A stretch of DNA of 64,000 nt from Selaginella moellendorffii (taxonomy: Eukaryota > Plantae > Lycopodiophyta): NCBI RefSeq assembly GCF_000143415.4, contig NW_003314318.1, positions 1,103,690 through 1,167,689 on the forward strand. Direction: 5' to 3'. A model generated the notes under the pieces. It saw only the letters and a program-made list of their open reading frames with translations. It made no database searches and was not told the DNA's origin. Below are positions 61,172 through 64,000 of the stretch, one piece after another. Each line of letters begins with the position of its first letter. Position 1 is the stretch's first letter. A program made the position numbers and the translations under genes.

Positions 61172-62678
61172 CTAAAGCAATGCATTGTATCCTTTATGGG
61201 ACTCTCGTTTCTTGTTCCAAATGCTAAATCTGACCACCAATGCCACCATTGCAACGATCCCAAGCGTGACCGCCATCACATTAACTCTAGTTTTCACATC
61301 CTGGAGGAGAAAAAAGCAATTGCTCAATCTAACAAACAAGTAAGAAACGTACCTTGATTTCTCCTAGAGACACAGTGTCATTGTCGCTCACCATGAGATA
61401 GAAGATCGCCATGACACCCGTGTGCTCCTGGGCAGAACTATAAGATGAGGAGAAGTGGAGCTTCTCACCGCTCGCGACCATTAGAGTCCCTGGCTCGGGA
61501 ATGCATGTAGACATTCCAACAACGTAGCCATCTTCGTTGCCAGGAGCTGATCCATTCCCGTATAGAGGAATCGAGGAGCACAAGTGCCGACCGTCCTGGA
61601 AAAGCCACACAAATCGACAGTCATGAGAGTTTTTTTTTACTTCTTACCTCTCCGTGCATGCTCATGCCCATGCCTGCAGCGTGCTGATGTGCTACTCCGT
61701 AGATAATGCTACCCCCTTTTGGAATCACCAGGTGATTCTCCAGCTGATAAATACAATCGGGATTTGAGGACGGGTCACAAGCAGGAACGTCATACTCGGT
61801 CTGCAAGACAATCGTAAGAAACATAAGAGAAACTTTTAGAATGAGGAAAAACGAACTTGGCAGCCAACTTGAGGGTCGACTGGATCCCGCTTCCTGCTGT
61901 CTGTGATGTCGAACAAATAAACACGAACAGGTAGGACACACTCGTCCCACTCCACCCATTCAACGGTATATTGCATGTAGAAAACCCTCTTTGGTGCTTG
62001 AAATCCCGGCTTCACTGCGCATTTGGTCCCTTCGTAGCAGCAACGCAGACCGCCTTTGTAGCCTTCCTTCAAAGGTTGTCCCGAGATTTCTGTTGTTACG
62101 TTGTACAAGCTGCAGCGGCACTCATGGCATAGTTGGGGATCATATGTTCCTCTGCCGTCGATGGCATGGAGATTGAGCACAAAGAGCTCCTCGTAGCCTT
62201 CCGGAGGGTTGCCAATGCCGATAGCATAGGATCCTGGAACAAAGTAGCTCGTGTGCCTTGTCTCGGCACCAAGACCCCAGAACTGTGAATGGACGTTGTG
62301 CTGACAAATTCCATCGTTTCCAGTGATTATAGCGGATGGCGAGCCTAGACGATCATGGAAACCGCCTCTGACCAGCTCTTTTCTCTCGGAGCTCTTCAGG
62401 TAGAGGCCAAATACCACCCAGTGATGCAGATAGAGTTCGGTCAGAGGCACGGGATTCCCAAGCTCATCTACAATCTCTCCCTGAAAGTTCTTGACGCCAA
62501 TATGACCTTTGGGAAACTCGATCTTGTAGTATCGGTCTTGGACCTCTCCCGGCTCCAGAGAAAAAGCTGGAGATTTGTAAGTCTTCCTTTGAATTCTGGA
62601 GCAATCCTTCGATTCTGCTGGAGATGAAGACCATAGCAAAACGATGGCCACGACCAGAACGAAAGGCTTCCCGTCCAT
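61172..62678 (-). CDS. SURNod19 family protein, copy 3
   Basis: Same exon structure and motifs as copies 1 and 2. Confidence 0.87.
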
Positions 62679-62718
62679 TTTTTAGCCGCTATTCACCCCC
62701 GCCGTGCTCACTAGAAAA

Positions 62719-63300
62719 TCACCGCGGACGAAAACCACTTGTGTGGTAGGACCTTCGTTGCATGCCGCCACCTATGCTTAGTGGTTTGGACACCGCTTTC
62801 AGTCTGACAAGAGCACATCCCTGTACAATGGTCACAGTATCCATCTTCTTGGACGATTCTGCGCCGACGATTTCAGCACCAGGACTCACTGCCTCACTGA
62901 TTTCTGCAATGAGCACAAGTAAGAAAATGTCCACGGCTCAGCGTACCTTTGCCACCTGTCAAGAAAATGATCGCTCCATTGTCGAAGTCGATCGCGTTCA
63001 GATCTTCCGGATTGTATTCGAGAGGAATCGCCTCCCTGTCAATCACTAGATTAAGAAAAACTCAACACAGTAGAGAAAACCTCCACAGCCGGTCCTTCTG
63101 GAATTCCTTGCTCCAACCTCGACAAAAGATAATACTGCTCCTCGGCAACCTCTTGAGCGGCATCATTCAATGGCGCTGGAAAAGAAAAAAACAACGTGTA
63201 ACTGTTGTTATAGATCAGCGTCACTATGAAACTTACGTCCGAAAAGACACCTCGAAAGCCGAGACATCCTGTCCTGGGATCTTTATGCCAACGCCAGCCT
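62719..63300 (-). pseudogene. IBA57 3' remnant with deletions
   Basis: EAVSPGAEIVGAESSKKMDTVT; matches 52810-53510 with gaps; the KGCY motif is deleted. Confidence 0.75.
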
Positions 63301-63392
63301 TCCAGTTTCCCGGCCCTTACTCTGCTGTTACTCGAGTTGCTGAATTCCCCGCGAGTAGCATTCTATAACTGTGCTATAAGTCGAGGAGGAGA

Positions 63393-63891
63393 GTTTACTT
63401 GAGAACTACAGAGACCCAAGTAGCCTTGAACGTAATCGTCGGGAAGACACCTGATGCGCTTCAAGACATCGGCATTTGCATACCTGAGCTTTGTTCGAGG
63501 ATCCGTGTAAGGTGCGTTTACAAGGAGAAAATAACGAGAGGAGATTACACGGTGGAGAAATGGCGAGACAGCACCTTACCTCAAATCCAGAGACGTCGCA
63601 GTATTTCTTGGAAGGATAAATGGAAGGAGGCGATTCGATGTTAACATCTGCAAATGTACGAGGCTAAACAATGTACGAGGTACTGGTATGGAATCAGGAA
63701 CTCACAGTTGCGGGAAGGAGATGGAAATTCTCGGCCTGGACGATCTGCTTGAGATGCTTCCAGTGCCTACCTCGCGTGTTGCCCTTGGGATAGCGCTCCA
63801 GGAGCTGCGATCGCATGAATGGAAGAAGCGCCGGGAGCACGCATTCCGCTGCCTCGATCGTCGCCGCACGACGAAGACGCCTGCGCTGCAT
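63393..63891 (-). pseudogene. IES6: IES6 (INO80 subunit C) copy with frameshifting deletions
   Basis: ERYPKGNTRGRHWKHLKQIVQAEN; VNIESPPSIYPSKKYCDVSGFE; APYTDPRTKLRYANAD. A 10-bp deletion at the end of exon 1 relative to the 54768 copy changes splice phase. Confidence 0.75.
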
Positions 63892-64000
63892 CACTGAAGG
63901 AATCATCTCACGAACCCTAATAGCATCTATTCAAACGGATCTCATTATCTACCCCATATCTCTCTCTCCATACTGCAGCTGACCTGTACTGAAATTTTAT

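Overview
Eukaryotic land-plant DNA. The ~45-60 bp GT-AG introns and compact genes suggest a lycophyte such as Selaginella (inference). 1-23 kb is a deep nest of LTR retroelements: solo LTRs with TSDs, Cassandra-type TRIMs carrying 5S rRNA sequence, and a decayed chromodomain Ty3/gypsy element split by a gag-only LTR element with an extra F-box-like ORF. 23.1-36.9 kb is a ~13.8 kb TIR-bounded Mutator-like transposon. It encodes a GCM-like/DDE/SWIM transposase on the minus strand. Divergently, it carries a 10-exon gene for an NLS + polyproline + ParB-like domain + beta-class N6A/N4C DNA methyltransferase fusion. It also has two small zinc-finger ORFs and CG-rich palindromic tandem arrays. This is the most unusual system here; both main genes carry premature stops in this copy. 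40-64 kb is genic: an intronless divergent proteasome-beta-like gene, decayed endonuclease-like+kinase genes, acireductone dioxygenase, and a three-fold tandem duplication of SURNod19-IBA57-IES6. All three SURNod19 copies and one IBA57 look intact. All family calls come from motif recognition by eye; no searches were run.
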